Shown here in pieces: positions 1-9,230 of a stretch of DNA of 43,821 nucleotides. Positions within the stretch are counted from its first letter, which is position 1, and the number at the start of each line of letters is the position of its first letter. Origin of the DNA: a virus; the UHGV virus genome UHGV-0374465. One strand, 5' to 3'. A program made the position numbers and the translations under genes. Below the pieces are notes generated by a model that searched no databases, had not been told where the DNA came from, and saw nothing but the letters and a program-made list of their open reading frames with translations.

Positions 1-1880
1 CCTTTTTCAATCTTGAGCCAGTCAATTTGGCATGCGCCTACTGTTGATTGTGGCAATTGATAAATACTTAAGTCATGAGTTACCCCTGCGTTAATATGGG
101 CTTGTGTAACTGTAAAAGATAATGACCATTCGTCTGTTTTACCTTCAACTGGTATCATATTACCAACGCCAAGAGTTCCACCTTTTATATAAACACCAAA
201 AGTTTGTGTAGCTGGTTTAGTAGCTTTCATAGTTACTGTGTAAGTTTGGTTAGCCTGATAATTTTCTATATTGGAAGCTGTATATATTACATAAGCACTT
301 GTTTTAATAGGATAATTAATAGTTTTATTAGCAATATTCTCACCCAAAGGCACCTTACTCAAATAATATGGTGCGTAAAGTAAATTAGGTTGATATGGTG
401 TGGCTGTTGAGCCGTATTCAACTTTAGCGTGTCTCAAACGTAGTTTGCCAGATAGGCTGTTATTAGCGTCTTTATTTTGTAGCATTATAAACCAGCTTTC
501 AGCGTTATCACTCGTAGCAGTAATTTTAACGGTGCCAGTTAGTTTTTGCCATACACCCTTAGCAGTAGTTAATGCATTACGCGTATATAGTTCTGATGTC
601 CAGTTAGGCATTTTAATATATCTTAGGCCTATCTTGCTAGGGTCTCCAGTGAAATCATCTTCTAACATAATCTCTACACTCATGGTATATGTTTTGCCTA
701 TTAACAGGGCTGGTTGACTTTTCGCTTTGAATACTTCTAATTTATGGTTTGGATCAAGCGTGACCACTACCTCGTCACCATCATCCACAACAGATAAAGC
801 ACCAGTACCTTGCGAGAAGCTGTCAGCGTTTATATTAGCCATCAAATTCGGATTCCCACTATAGTCATAGTCACCAAAGTCAGTGCTGTTACTGTATGCT
901 TTTGCTCCCACACTTGGGGCGGTCACTGTCTCACCAAGTGGTGGCAGTAGTGACAACATTGGTTTAGACCAGTGAATAACCGTATCTAATCCCGTGATTC
1001 CATAGTTCACATTGAGCGCTTTTGTGTTAGGGTCTGTAATTTTAATTACCTTACCATATTTTTTAAAGCCTCCTACTTCTTTTGGTATATTGATAAAGTG
1101 CGTACGCAAAACTTTTGATGGATTGACAGACCATTCTTCCAGAACTAAGTTACCTGCCTCTGGTCTAGTGTCATCTTCATCAATAGCTAATACTTTAGCC
1201 TCTATTGAAAAGTTTACATCTTGACCTACTTGTAATTCTGGTAAGTTACGTCTATTCATAGATTGTATAGGTAACCACACGTATTCATCTTGTGCTGAAC
1301 CTCCATATGGGATACCCTCTCTATAATCTACGTAGACGATAGATGAACCATTGTGTTTTTCTTCTGCTAACTTAACCCCTTGATGTAAATACACATCCTT
1401 TTTCTGATATTCAGAATCTAAAATAAGGTTTCTTGATGTAGAATATACATTCGTAAAAGTGTTTGGTTCTAGTTGATGAGCCAATCCGTCAGGCACATCA
1501 AAAACCAGTGTTAGAGGTGTGTATCTTGGATCCGTTGCATCATACTCTTGTACTCCTGAAAAAATAGCATTAAAATATCTATCTGGGAAGATGTCAAAAA
1601 TCAGTTTCTTTGGTTCATCACTGTTAATGAGTAACTTCAATTGGTCTAAAGCGCTTGAAACATCTAATCCTGTATTATCTTTAATAATGAATCCGTCAAT
1701 TGAAATACTATAGTCTCCCAATCGTGTGTTTCTGAAATGTTTTCCATCTGTATTACCTACGGTGAAAAACTCGTTGTCTTTACTCATGAACGGAATATTT
1801 ACTTTGGCAATCTGAAACAAATGATTTGTTTCTTGGCCATTAAACGTGAATGTTCTTAAAAAATCATAGTTACTAGGCAT
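1..1880 (-). CDS. Evolved distal tail protein (Dit), N-terminal 626 aa. The ORF has no stop before position 1 and continues in frame at the window end (42576..43821).
   Basis: ATG at 1880 with a GGAG RBS, immediately downstream of the TMP. The N-terminus MPSNYDFLRTFTFNGQ... resembles the siphovirus Dit belt domain, followed by long beta-rich CBM-like insertions. No stop on the minus strand down to nt 1. Confidence 0.6.
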   Translation of the reverse strand, partial: MPSNYDFLRTFTFNGQETNHLFQIAKVNIPFMSKDNEFFTVGNTDGKHFRNTRLGDYSISIDGFIIKDNTGLDVSSALDQLKLLINSDEPKKLIFDIFPDRYFNAIFSGVQEYDATDPRYTPLTLVFDVPDGLAHQLEPNTFTNVYSTSRNLILDSEYQKKDVYLHQGVKLAEEKHNGSSIVYVDYREGIPYGGSAQDEYVWLPIQSMNRRNLPELQVGQDVNFSIEAKVLAIDEDDTRPEAGNLVLEEWSVNPSKVLRTHFINIPKEVGGFKKYGKVIKITDPNTKALNVNYGITGLDTVIHWSKPMLSLLPPLGETVTAPSVGAKAYSNSTDFGDYDYSGNPNLMANINADSFSQGTGALSVVDDGDEVVVTLDPNHKLEVFKAKSQPALLIGKTYTMSVEIMLEDDFTGDPSKIGLRYIKMPNWTSELYTRNALTTAKGVWQKLTGTVKITATSDNAESWFIMLQNKDANNSLSGKLRLRHAKVEYGSTATPYQPNLLYAPYYLSKVPLGENIANKTINYPIKTSAYVIYTASNIENYQANQTYTVTMKATKPATQTFGVYIKGGTLGVGNMIPVEGKTDEWSLSFTVTQAHINAGVTHDLSIYQLPQSTVGACQIDWLKIEK

Positions 1881-1957
1881 TTTCTCACTCCTCAATTCTT
1901 TATATTCTCATTATAACACAAATAAAGGTGGCTGTGAACCACCTTTATACATAAATA

Positions 1958-4900
1958 TTAAATTAACCCTAGTGCACGATTGGTATTTCTTTGTTCATTT
2001 TTGTTTATCTTCTGCAATTCACGATTTAATGACTTACCATCTATCAGAACATCAGGGTTCTTTTCTAAGAGCTTAGTTAGTATCTCATTTTGTTGTTGCA
2101 TTAGAGAAATGATAAGTTGTAGGTTAGAGTCAGAGTTAGAGTTACTTGTAGTAACCGTTGTTGAAGTACTCTGTTTATTCAACTTCTCATTGGCATATGC
2201 TAATAGTTGCATAGCTCTTGAACGTTTAAGTCCTGAGCCTGTTAATGGAATTATAACCTCTTCTTTGTTGCCTTCTCCAACTCTTGCAATGTGTTCTTTT
2301 GTGACCCTTCCACCGTATTCGTAACCAACTCCACGATAAGCATTTGTTAGTGAGCCATACGTTGCGAGTGCATACTTGATGGAGGCTAGAATGTTACTTA
2401 GTGGGTCATAGATATTACTGTTAAAGCCAGGCATTGCATATGCTCTAAAGGTTGGGTCTATCACCTGCATTAAACCTTTAGATGGTGTACCCTTCATGGC
2501 GTTTGGATCCCACAAGTTAATCGCTTTAGGGTTACCATTTGACTCTGTGCGCATTTGATTTAGTAATGCATTTAAGTTTGCAGCACTGTATTGACCAGTC
2601 ATTTTCAATGCTCTAATTGCTACATTACGCCATCTTTCTACACCACTACCTCCCACACTATCACCTGAGATTTGCGTACTTTGTGGGTCTTTCACACCGT
2701 TTAAATGCACATGATCATAGTGGTCTCCAGCTGGCCATGGTCTCCAATCATTGTGAATACCTGTACCTGATTGTCCTGAACGGTCACGAACCTTGCCATT
2801 TGTGATTACGTAACCAATCTTAGAGGCAAATTTATCAAAGGCATAGTTCGCTGCTTCTGTGTAGCGTGGTGAGCCACCTGTGACACCTGGTAGTGCAATA
2901 TCAATGGCATTGCGTTTACCATGTGAATATTGATCTCCTTCACGATACCCTGAGGTTACCATAAACCCTGGGAATTTCTTCATTACAGACTTAGCTACAT
3001 CTGCTAAATATTTATAGACGCCATTTGTTCCTATTGAGGTATCTAAGTTACCAGATGAGAACAAACCTGTAATCTTTTCCGTCAGGGCGCTTGTTGCTTT
3101 AGACAAAATACCTTTACCTACCTCTAATGGATATTTTGTTAAGCCACCTAATACGTCTAAACCACCTAGTACTTTTCTAGCTAACGCGCCAGGGTCTGAA
3201 ATGAAGTCCCACACGTCACCTACTACATTTTTCAGGGTGTTTCCTACATTACCAGCAATATTTTTCACACTGTCCCACATGTTACCAAAGAAGTTAGTAC
3301 CCTTTTTGTAACGGTACTTAGGGGCTTTTGAACCTTGGAGCTGTGCTGTTTCTTCAGCTGTCAAGACATGCGTTCCTTTTGGTGCGTTTAATACAACGTT
3401 GCGTCCTTTAGGTATGAATGCTCTACCATCTGGTGTGATAACTGTTTCTGCTCCTCGTCCATCATTAACCATCATTGGGCCATTAATTGGGTGACCACCT
3501 GCTGGTGTACCTGTCGCATATTGTGGTACGTCCCATTCTTGTAGAGGTTCTGCGCCTAGTTTTTCAAGTACCCAAGAAGCTCCTTTGATAATACCATTAA
3601 CTGGTTTTCCAATTGCTTTAAGTGCACCGTTGAATACAGATTTAAAGGCATCTGCTACTTTACTTCCTCCTGATTTAAACTTATCAGCTAACTCTCCTGG
3701 TAAGTTTTTGAACCATGTCTTCATGTTAGTTAGCCATGTACTAAACTTAATTGATATGTCAGTAATCCAACCAGTGAACGCCGCTGTTGTTCTAATGTTC
3801 CAGTCTTCAATACTTTTAATCATATCACCTAAGAATGTATTTTTCAAATTGGTTTTGATTGATTCAGATATGCGATCATACATATCTTTAATACCATTCC
3901 AAGCGCCTTCCCAATCTCCTTTGAAAATATCACTCCAAATCTTGATAGTACTAGAGATAATAATCATGGCTGTTTCGATTGTAGCCATGATGAGTCCAAG
4001 TTTTATTTTTAGTGTTTCCCATAGTATAGAAAAGGCTTCAATGATAATATCACTGTTTCGTTTTCCTGATCCACCAAAATTATCTAATGCCCCACTAATA
4101 TATGCTAAATCACCTGAGATCCGTCCTAGCCAGTCACTGAACTGTTGAAACAGTGGTAATAAATCAGGTGCGATTACTTCCTCCCAAATCTGAACTAAGT
4201 CTTTCCATGCTTGAATCATTTTATCCAAGCCGTCTTCAAGCAGTCTTATTATTACCTCTTTCACAGAATCAAAAGCCTTCATAATATTCTCTTTAGCTGT
4301 TTCTAATGCGTCTATGTCTTCTTGACTCATTCCTAACGATCGTAGTAAGGAGTATCCTTGCATTTGGGTGGCTTCATCACCAGTAAACAGTTGCCAGAAA
4401 CCTTTGATATACTGTGTTAATACTTCACCTTTCTCCTTAACCTGTGTGATGAAATCATCTAATGCCCAGATACTTTCCCAACTGAATCCCATCATATTTA
4501 AAATATGTTGGTCGCTTACGGTATCCTTACCAGCCCACATTTTACCAATCACATCTTTTAAATTTGAGATGAAGTTACTAACAAAAAAGAAAAAGTGATC
4601 TAGTGTTTCCATCGCATTAGGTAATGTATTATTAAAGAAATTCTCAATTGGTTCTGTCATCCCACCAGTGAACTCTTGTGCCCAGATGGCGATTGAATTA
4701 ATAGTACCTTTTACACCATTAGTGAAGGCTTCCCATGCTGTAGTATTAGTCATGGTGTTATTCAAATCTTCTGCGCTACCTTTTGTTTCACCAAAGGAAT
4801 CACTAGCACCAGCCATTGCTTTAATGACTTTAAGTGAGTTATCTTCACCTAGAGCAGACCATACTGTACCAGCTCTATTTAGGGCGTCATATCCACCTTC

Positions 4901-6526
4901 CATGTTCGCAAAGTCATTCATCATACCCTTAACTACTTCACCCTGCGTCGCTTTACCATTTTTCCACTCATTGAATAAGTTCCGTGTTGATTCGCTAAAC
5001 ATGTCTGCGTTTTCTTCAAAACGCCCATCTGTTAAGGATATACCCATTTCTTTGATTAAATCGTTTACTTTATCTAAATTATATGCTCCGCCATCTAAAC
5101 CAGCTTCAAGTAAACTAAATGTTTCATCTGCTGTAAATCCCATTTGACCAAACAGTTGAGAATACTCAGCCATATTATCTGCTAGCTCGTTTGATTGATT
5201 CAATCCATTTTGTGCACCAGCAGTCAGTAAGTCAAAAGCTTCTTCAGCACTGATCCCAAAGTTTTCCATCATACGTGACGCACCACGCATGGTCTCATTT
5301 ACATCTGTATCAAATGTTTTACTGAATGAAATAGCGTATTTGGTTAATTGTTTCAATCCTTCTGGCGTAACTTTTTTACCAGCTGTTTGATAGACTTGTG
5401 TAATAGCCTCTTGAGCTTCTTCCAAGCTGTCTACCATTCCGGATTTTACTAATTCATTCGCAAAATTTAGGAATTGTTTAGATTCATCTTTCGTGATTCC
5501 CATTTTACCCTGAAATCTATTTGAGGCTTCCACTACTTCATTGAACGACTCTTTCAATGCATCTGCAGCTTCAATCGCCATATCTAGTGCTTTTGTTGAT
5601 ATGGAAACAGCTAAACCTGTAGCCAATGCACTAAATTCTTTAGTAGCACTTTTGAAACCAGATTCCGCCTTATTACCTTGTTTACCAGCTTCTTCTAGTG
5701 AGTCTCCAGCTTTATCTACTTTATCATCTACATTAGAGGCTTCTCGTTTCAACTCAGATAGTGCGTTAGTCACACCGTCTAAGCGTGTATCTGTATTTTT
5801 TGCTGAACGTTTGAAGTCTTCTAATTTGGCTTGTGCTTGTGCTACTTGTGTTGATGATTCACCAAACTCTTGCGCCATTTTGTTGATTGCTTGTTTTTGT
5901 GATTCAATGGCTTGCTCTGTTAATTCTGCTTGTTTTGTTAGTCCACGTTGTTTTGCTTCAAGCTCTCCAGCTTTATCTCCAGCTTCTTTGAATGCTTTAA
6001 TTTCATCATTCATTGCTTTTTCATTGTCTTTGATTGCTGACGCGTATTTATCCACACCAGCACTAGCTAGAATGTAAGCTTGTTTCGTTGAATCAAGTTC
6101 TTTTGATAGCTTATTGTATTTAACAGTAGCCGTATTTATTTGATTTGTAACGTTAGCCACTTGTTTAGATTCTTTTCCGTAGGTTTGAATATATTCCTCT
6201 CTACGTTTTTCCAACAATTGTATTTTCTTTGCTTGTAATTCTGTGGTATCAATTAACCCTTGCTGTTTGCGTGACAGGTCTTCAGCAGAGGCACCTGCCT
6301 TATCAAAGGTTGACATAGTTGCCTTCATGCTTGACTCTGACTGTTTTAAGGCTTTATTTAATTTGTCTAATGTATTAATGGATTCATCATAGCCATCAAA
6401 ACCAATTCCAAATTTCATATTTCCTATAGGTCTATCTTGTGCCATCAAGTTCACTCCTTTTGGTTGCTTTCTTAATCTATTATAACATAAAAAGAGACAC
6501 TCTAGCGGTGTGCTAAAGTGTCTCAC
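1958..6526 (-). CDS. Tail tape measure protein (1522 aa) with a lytic transglycosylase (SLT) domain and an M23 peptidase domain
   Basis: Large coiled-coil/TM-segmented protein downstream of the chaperone pair. GLMQVIDPTFRAY... is SLT-like. HGKRNAIDIALP...DHYDHVHLNG is an M23 HxxxD...HxH motif. Confidence 0.9.
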   Translation of the reverse strand: MRHFSTPLECLFLCYNRLRKQPKGVNLMAQDRPIGNMKFGIGFDGYDESINTLDKLNKALKQSESSMKATMSTFDKAGASAEDLSRKQQGLIDTTELQAKKIQLLEKRREEYIQTYGKESKQVANVTNQINTATVKYNKLSKELDSTKQAYILASAGVDKYASAIKDNEKAMNDEIKAFKEAGDKAGELEAKQRGLTKQAELTEQAIESQKQAINKMAQEFGESSTQVAQAQAKLEDFKRSAKNTDTRLDGVTNALSELKREASNVDDKVDKAGDSLEEAGKQGNKAESGFKSATKEFSALATGLAVSISTKALDMAIEAADALKESFNEVVEASNRFQGKMGITKDESKQFLNFANELVKSGMVDSLEEAQEAITQVYQTAGKKVTPEGLKQLTKYAISFSKTFDTDVNETMRGASRMMENFGISAEEAFDLLTAGAQNGLNQSNELADNMAEYSQLFGQMGFTADETFSLLEAGLDGGAYNLDKVNDLIKEMGISLTDGRFEENADMFSESTRNLFNEWKNGKATQGEVVKGMMNDFANMEGGYDALNRAGTVWSALGEDNSLKVIKAMAGASDSFGETKGSAEDLNNTMTNTTAWEAFTNGVKGTINSIAIWAQEFTGGMTEPIENFFNNTLPNAMETLDHFFFFVSNFISNLKDVIGKMWAGKDTVSDQHILNMMGFSWESIWALDDFITQVKEKGEVLTQYIKGFWQLFTGDEATQMQGYSLLRSLGMSQEDIDALETAKENIMKAFDSVKEVIIRLLEDGLDKMIQAWKDLVQIWEEVIAPDLLPLFQQFSDWLGRISGDLAYISGALDNFGGSGKRNSDIIIEAFSILWETLKIKLGLIMATIETAMIIISSTIKIWSDIFKGDWEGAWNGIKDMYDRISESIKTNLKNTFLGDMIKSIEDWNIRTTAAFTGWITDISIKFSTWLTNMKTWFKNLPGELADKFKSGGSKVADAFKSVFNGALKAIGKPVNGIIKGASWVLEKLGAEPLQEWDVPQYATGTPAGGHPINGPMMVNDGRGAETVITPDGRAFIPKGRNVVLNAPKGTHVLTAEETAQLQGSKAPKYRYKKGTNFFGNMWDSVKNIAGNVGNTLKNVVGDVWDFISDPGALARKVLGGLDVLGGLTKYPLEVGKGILSKATSALTEKITGLFSSGNLDTSIGTNGVYKYLADVAKSVMKKFPGFMVTSGYREGDQYSHGKRNAIDIALPGVTGGSPRYTEAANYAFDKFASKIGYVITNGKVRDRSGQSGTGIHNDWRPWPAGDHYDHVHLNGVKDPQSTQISGDSVGGSGVERWRNVAIRALKMTGQYSAANLNALLNQMRTESNGNPKAINLWDPNAMKGTPSKGLMQVIDPTFRAYAMPGFNSNIYDPLSNILASIKYALATYGSLTNAYRGVGYEYGGRVTKEHIARVGEGNKEEVIIPLTGSGLKRSRAMQLLAYANEKLNKQSTSTTVTTSNSNSDSNLQLIISLMQQQNEILTKLLEKNPDVLIDGKSLNRELQKINKNEQRNTNRALGLI

Positions 6527-7126
6527 CTTTTACTTTTGCCATATCTTGTGGACTCATAAATGTACCAAAGAAATCTATTGGGTCTTGTAGTTTTTCTTTT
6601 TTAGGTTTATTGTCTTTTGTAAATAACTCCATTAGTAAATTATAGTCAGCGTTGTTAATTTCTGATAGAGACCACGCTCCAGACTCACTGGATAGAAGGT
6701 CAGTGTACAGCTTGTCCATTGCTTCTATGTGTTCCTCCCAGCTTATTTCTGAGAGGTCTTTTTCACCTTTTTTGGCTGTTCAGCCATACCGCCTCCAATA
6801 GCCTCAAATACGCCACCTAACACTGATTCTAGTTTATCAGCGTCAACTCCATCAATAATTGACTCAAATGTTACTTCTGGGTTGTCAAACACATCTGCTA
6901 CTAACATAACCATTGCGTCAATTTGCTCTAGTGGACTCATTTTATCCTCACCAGATTCTACTTTTTCCATGCGTGCTTGGAATTTCATCATTTCACGCAT
7001 AGCACGCACTTTGATTGATTTTTGTTTAAACTCTTTTGTTTTTCCATCAATTTCTAATTTTAATGTAAGCATTTCAATTCCTCCAATTTTTAAATTCTTT
7101 ACTATTTCATTATAACATAGATTCAC
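6513..7126 (-). CDS. Tail assembly chaperone G-T fusion produced by a -1 programmed frameshift
   Basis: The -1 frame after A_AAA_AAG reads directly into ORF 6513..6719 (...KKGEKDLSEISWEEHIEAMDKLYTDLL...). This is the classic G/GT arrangement upstream of a TMP. Confidence 0.6.
6743..7126 (-). CDS. Tail assembly chaperone (gpG-like)
   Basis: 127 aa acidic protein between the major tail protein and the TMP. It ends 24 nt after a slippery heptamer. Confidence 0.7.
   Translation of the reverse strand: MNLCYNEIVKNLKIGGIEMLTLKLEIDGKTKEFKQKSIKVRAMREMMKFQARMEKVESGEDKMSPLEQIDAMVMLVADVFDNPEVTFESIIDGVDADKLESVLGGVFEAIGGGMAEQPKKVKKTSQK
6767..6773 (-). promoter_or_regulatory. Slippery heptamer A_AAA_AAG (programmed -1 ribosomal frameshift site)
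   Basis: Minus strand reads cca aaa aag gtg. The X_XXY_YYZ motif lies in the zero frame near the 3' end of the chaperone gene. Confidence 0.6.
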
Positions 7127-7137
7127 TTACTTGTGCA

Positions 7138-7168
7138 AATAAAAAACCTAGTCAATTAAGACTAGGTT
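7138..7168 (-). terminator. Rho-independent terminator downstream of the major tail protein gene
   Basis: 8 bp stem aacctagt/actaggtt followed by a T-run on the minus strand. Confidence 0.6.
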
Positions 7169-7174
7169 CAGTGG

Positions 7175-7738
7175 TTACTCTGATACATTGTTAACTTTGT
7201 TGATGAATTTTTCTAGTGTTAACTTGGTAGAATCTTCCACACCACTCATGTAAGCAATACCCCGTGAGTCCGTTACAAATGAACCTTCAATTGTTTCCGT
7301 GTTTGGTTCTGTTCCACCAGATTCTGTAGTATTTAATGCCAATTCAGGGTGTGAGAAGCGTCCTTTTGTTAACCCAAGGAACATCTTCTTACCATCTGCT
7401 GTGCTTGATACAAATACTACTGATACATAAGGTGCTTCCGTATCTTGACCAACCATAGCAACGCCATCTGCGTCACGTGTGATACCCATGATTTTTTCAT
7501 ATACACCGTTCTTGTAAAGATCAAATACGTTCAATGAAGCTGTTAACTCACCAACGCCTTTAGCTGATACCCAAATAGGTACATTTGAAGCGTATACGGT
7601 TGTTTGGTCTGGTGAAATACCTGAGATATTTGCCTCAATTGTACCTCCACCTGTCTTATCAATTACTAATTGGTCTACGCCTACTCCACCTGATTTTGGT
7701 ACAGAGATAATGGCTTTCTCAAAACCTACTAATGCCAT
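7175..7738 (-). CDS. Major tail protein
   Basis: 187 aa. Positioned between the tail terminator and the chaperones. Has a strong RBS and its own terminator. Looks like TP901-1/phi13-type MTPs. Confidence 0.75.
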   Translation of the reverse strand: MALVGFEKAIISVPKSGGVGVDQLVIDKTGGGTIEANISGISPDQTTVYASNVPIWVSAKGVGELTASLNVFDLYKNGVYEKIMGITRDADGVAMVGQDTEAPYVSVVFVSSTADGKKMFLGLTKGRFSHPELALNTTESGGTEPNTETIEGSFVTDSRGIAYMSGVEDSTKLTLEKFINKVNNVSE

Positions 7739-7778
7739 ACTAAAAACTCCTTTTTATTTTTATTTTCTTACTAGGTTA

Positions 7779-7789
7779 ATTATAGCATA
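7779..7789 (-). promoter_or_regulatory. Conserved extended -10 element TATGCTATAAT (late promoter candidate) upstream of the major tail protein gene
   Basis: Minus strand reads gataatATGCTATAATtaacc. The same 11-mer occurs upstream of terL and the capsid gene. Confidence 0.4.
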
Positions 7790-7810
7790 TTATCAAGCCT
7801 TTGTGTTTGA

Positions 7811-8176
7811 TTACAAGACACGCTGTGACAACACATAGCGCTTAATAATTCTACGTCCTTCTTTCAAATCATGATCTTGTGTTTCTTCTGTATATGCACA
7901 TTGAATGCCTTGATCTCGCATAACTTTATCAAGTAAAAAGTAATACTTGTTTGATTCTTGTACATCACGCACCCACACATCTACCTGAACGCTTGTTGTT
8001 AGATAATTAGGTTGCTCTGAGGCATAATCTACATAATCACCAGATAGCTCTACAATACGTCCTAAAGGATAAGGTGGATTCACTTGCTGTTCTTCTTCAA
8101 TTTGATTGACAAACCAGTTTATTTCTGGAATAGCTTCTTCTAGTGCCTCAGCAATCATTAGCATTGGTAATTTCAT
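7811..8176 (-). CDS. Tail terminator / tail completion protein candidate
   Basis: 121 aa. Position between the gp10-like protein and the MTP. Confidence 0.45.
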   Translation of the reverse strand: MKLPMLMIAEALEEAIPEINWFVNQIEEEQQVNPPYPLGRIVELSGDYVDYASEQPNYLTTSVQVDVWVRDVQESNKYYFLLDKVMRDQGIQCAYTEETQDHDLKEGRRIIKRYVLSQRVL

Positions 8177-8547
8177 TATTTCATCCTCCTCATCATTTCA
8201 CTTTGAATAATATCAGCCACTTTGCTCTCTATATCTTTCAATGTTTTTTGTATAAAACCTTGTGGGGGTTGTTTAATCGTACCAAATTCAACAAAATGTA
8301 CTCTCCAAGAAACTTCCTTGTCAAACCCAACTTCTGAAATTGGTTTTTTTGCTGTAGGTTTGCTGTGAACCACGTGGTCTTTCATATGTGTTTTTGTATC
8401 ATAATCAATTGGTGTCCTTGTCTTCAACTGTTTTGACGCGTATTCTCCAGCTGCTTCTACAGACTTAATCATTGATTTTTCAAGTTCTTTTTCCGTTTTA
8501 CCTAGAGCTTTATAGACTGAGCTAAAATCCACATAATTCTTTTTCAT
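8176..8547 (-). CDS. HK97 gp10-family head-tail joining protein
   Basis: RVHFVEFGTIKQPP motif. RBS-supported start at 8547 (MKKNYVDF). Confidence 0.7.
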   Translation of the reverse strand: MKKNYVDFSSVYKALGKTEKELEKSMIKSVEAAGEYASKQLKTRTPIDYDTKTHMKDHVVHSKPTAKKPISEVGFDKEVSWRVHFVEFGTIKQPPQGFIQKTLKDIESKVADIIQSEMMRRMK

Positions 8548-8549
8548 AG

Positions 8550-8885
8550 TTAATCCTCCACTTGTTTGCACACTACTGTAGTGAAGTCTCTATCAAATGA
8601 ACCTTCCAGAATGTCTTCGATTCTATATTGCTTACCTTTGAACTCAATACGATTAGACTTTGAAACCAGTTGTCCTGTATCGTATCTAATAATAAAGTTT
8701 GTTGTATTAGCTAGCGTTGTTCCATAAGTATCTTGATAATCTTTAAAATACTGCTGTTTGACGGAACACCATATTTTTCTATCTGGGTTCCATGTTTCAA
8801 TCCACTCAAAGAACTCGTTTCGTGAGCGTGTCTTCACTAGCAGTGTAATCCGCTGATTCAACTTTGATGTCTTGATATTCGCCAT
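8550..8885 (-). CDS. Head closure / head-tail adaptor protein
   Basis: 111 aa. Sits between the gp6-like and gp10-like proteins. The stop overlaps the next start. Confidence 0.55.
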   Translation of the reverse strand: MANIKTSKLNQRITLLVKTRSRNEFFEWIETWNPDRKIWCSVKQQYFKDYQDTYGTTLANTTNFIIRYDTGQLVSKSNRIEFKGKQYRIEDILEGSFDRDFTTVVCKQVED

Positions 8886-9165
8886 GATTTAACCCCCTCA
8901 ATTGATGGATCATTGCTGTGATAGTAAATGGTACTTGTTGTTGTAGTGCATTTGTAGCTGGTACACGATTTTCATACCATAATGATACAAGCATGAATAT
9001 TAGAGTGTTTGTTTTTTGGTCATCTGGTAATACTGTCACTTCAATACTACCTAAAATATAGAGTTGTGCTGCCCCAAGTAACATTTCTAAGTAGGTATCA
9101 TCCTCATCATAGTCAATACGTAAATTGTTTTTAATTTGTTCTACTGTAATCATTGACTTTATCAC
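8806..9165 (-). CDS. gp6-like head-tail connector protein
   Basis: 119 aa, immediately after the capsid gene. N-terminus MITVEQIKNNLRIDYDEDD is typical of the gp6 connector family. Confidence 0.6.
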   Translation of the reverse strand: MIKSMITVEQIKNNLRIDYDEDDTYLEMLLGAAQLYILGSIEVTVLPDDQKTNTLIFMLVSLWYENRVPATNALQQQVPFTITAMIHQLRGLNHGEYQDIKVESADYTASEDTLTKRVL

Positions 9166-9230
9166 TTCCTTCTACTATAATAAAAGAGAGATGAGGCATG
9201 AGCCCCACCCCTCTTAGTGATTGTTGTATC

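Noticed and set aside
400-6077. Plus-strand ORFs inside the Dit and TMP region (400..717, 1012..1224, 1519..1713, 1980..2324, 2617..2805, 3585..4148, 4368..4598, 4668..5147, 5541..6077)
   Set aside because: They are antisense to long, well-supported minus-strand structural genes. They have no RBS and low-complexity translations, so they are spurious.
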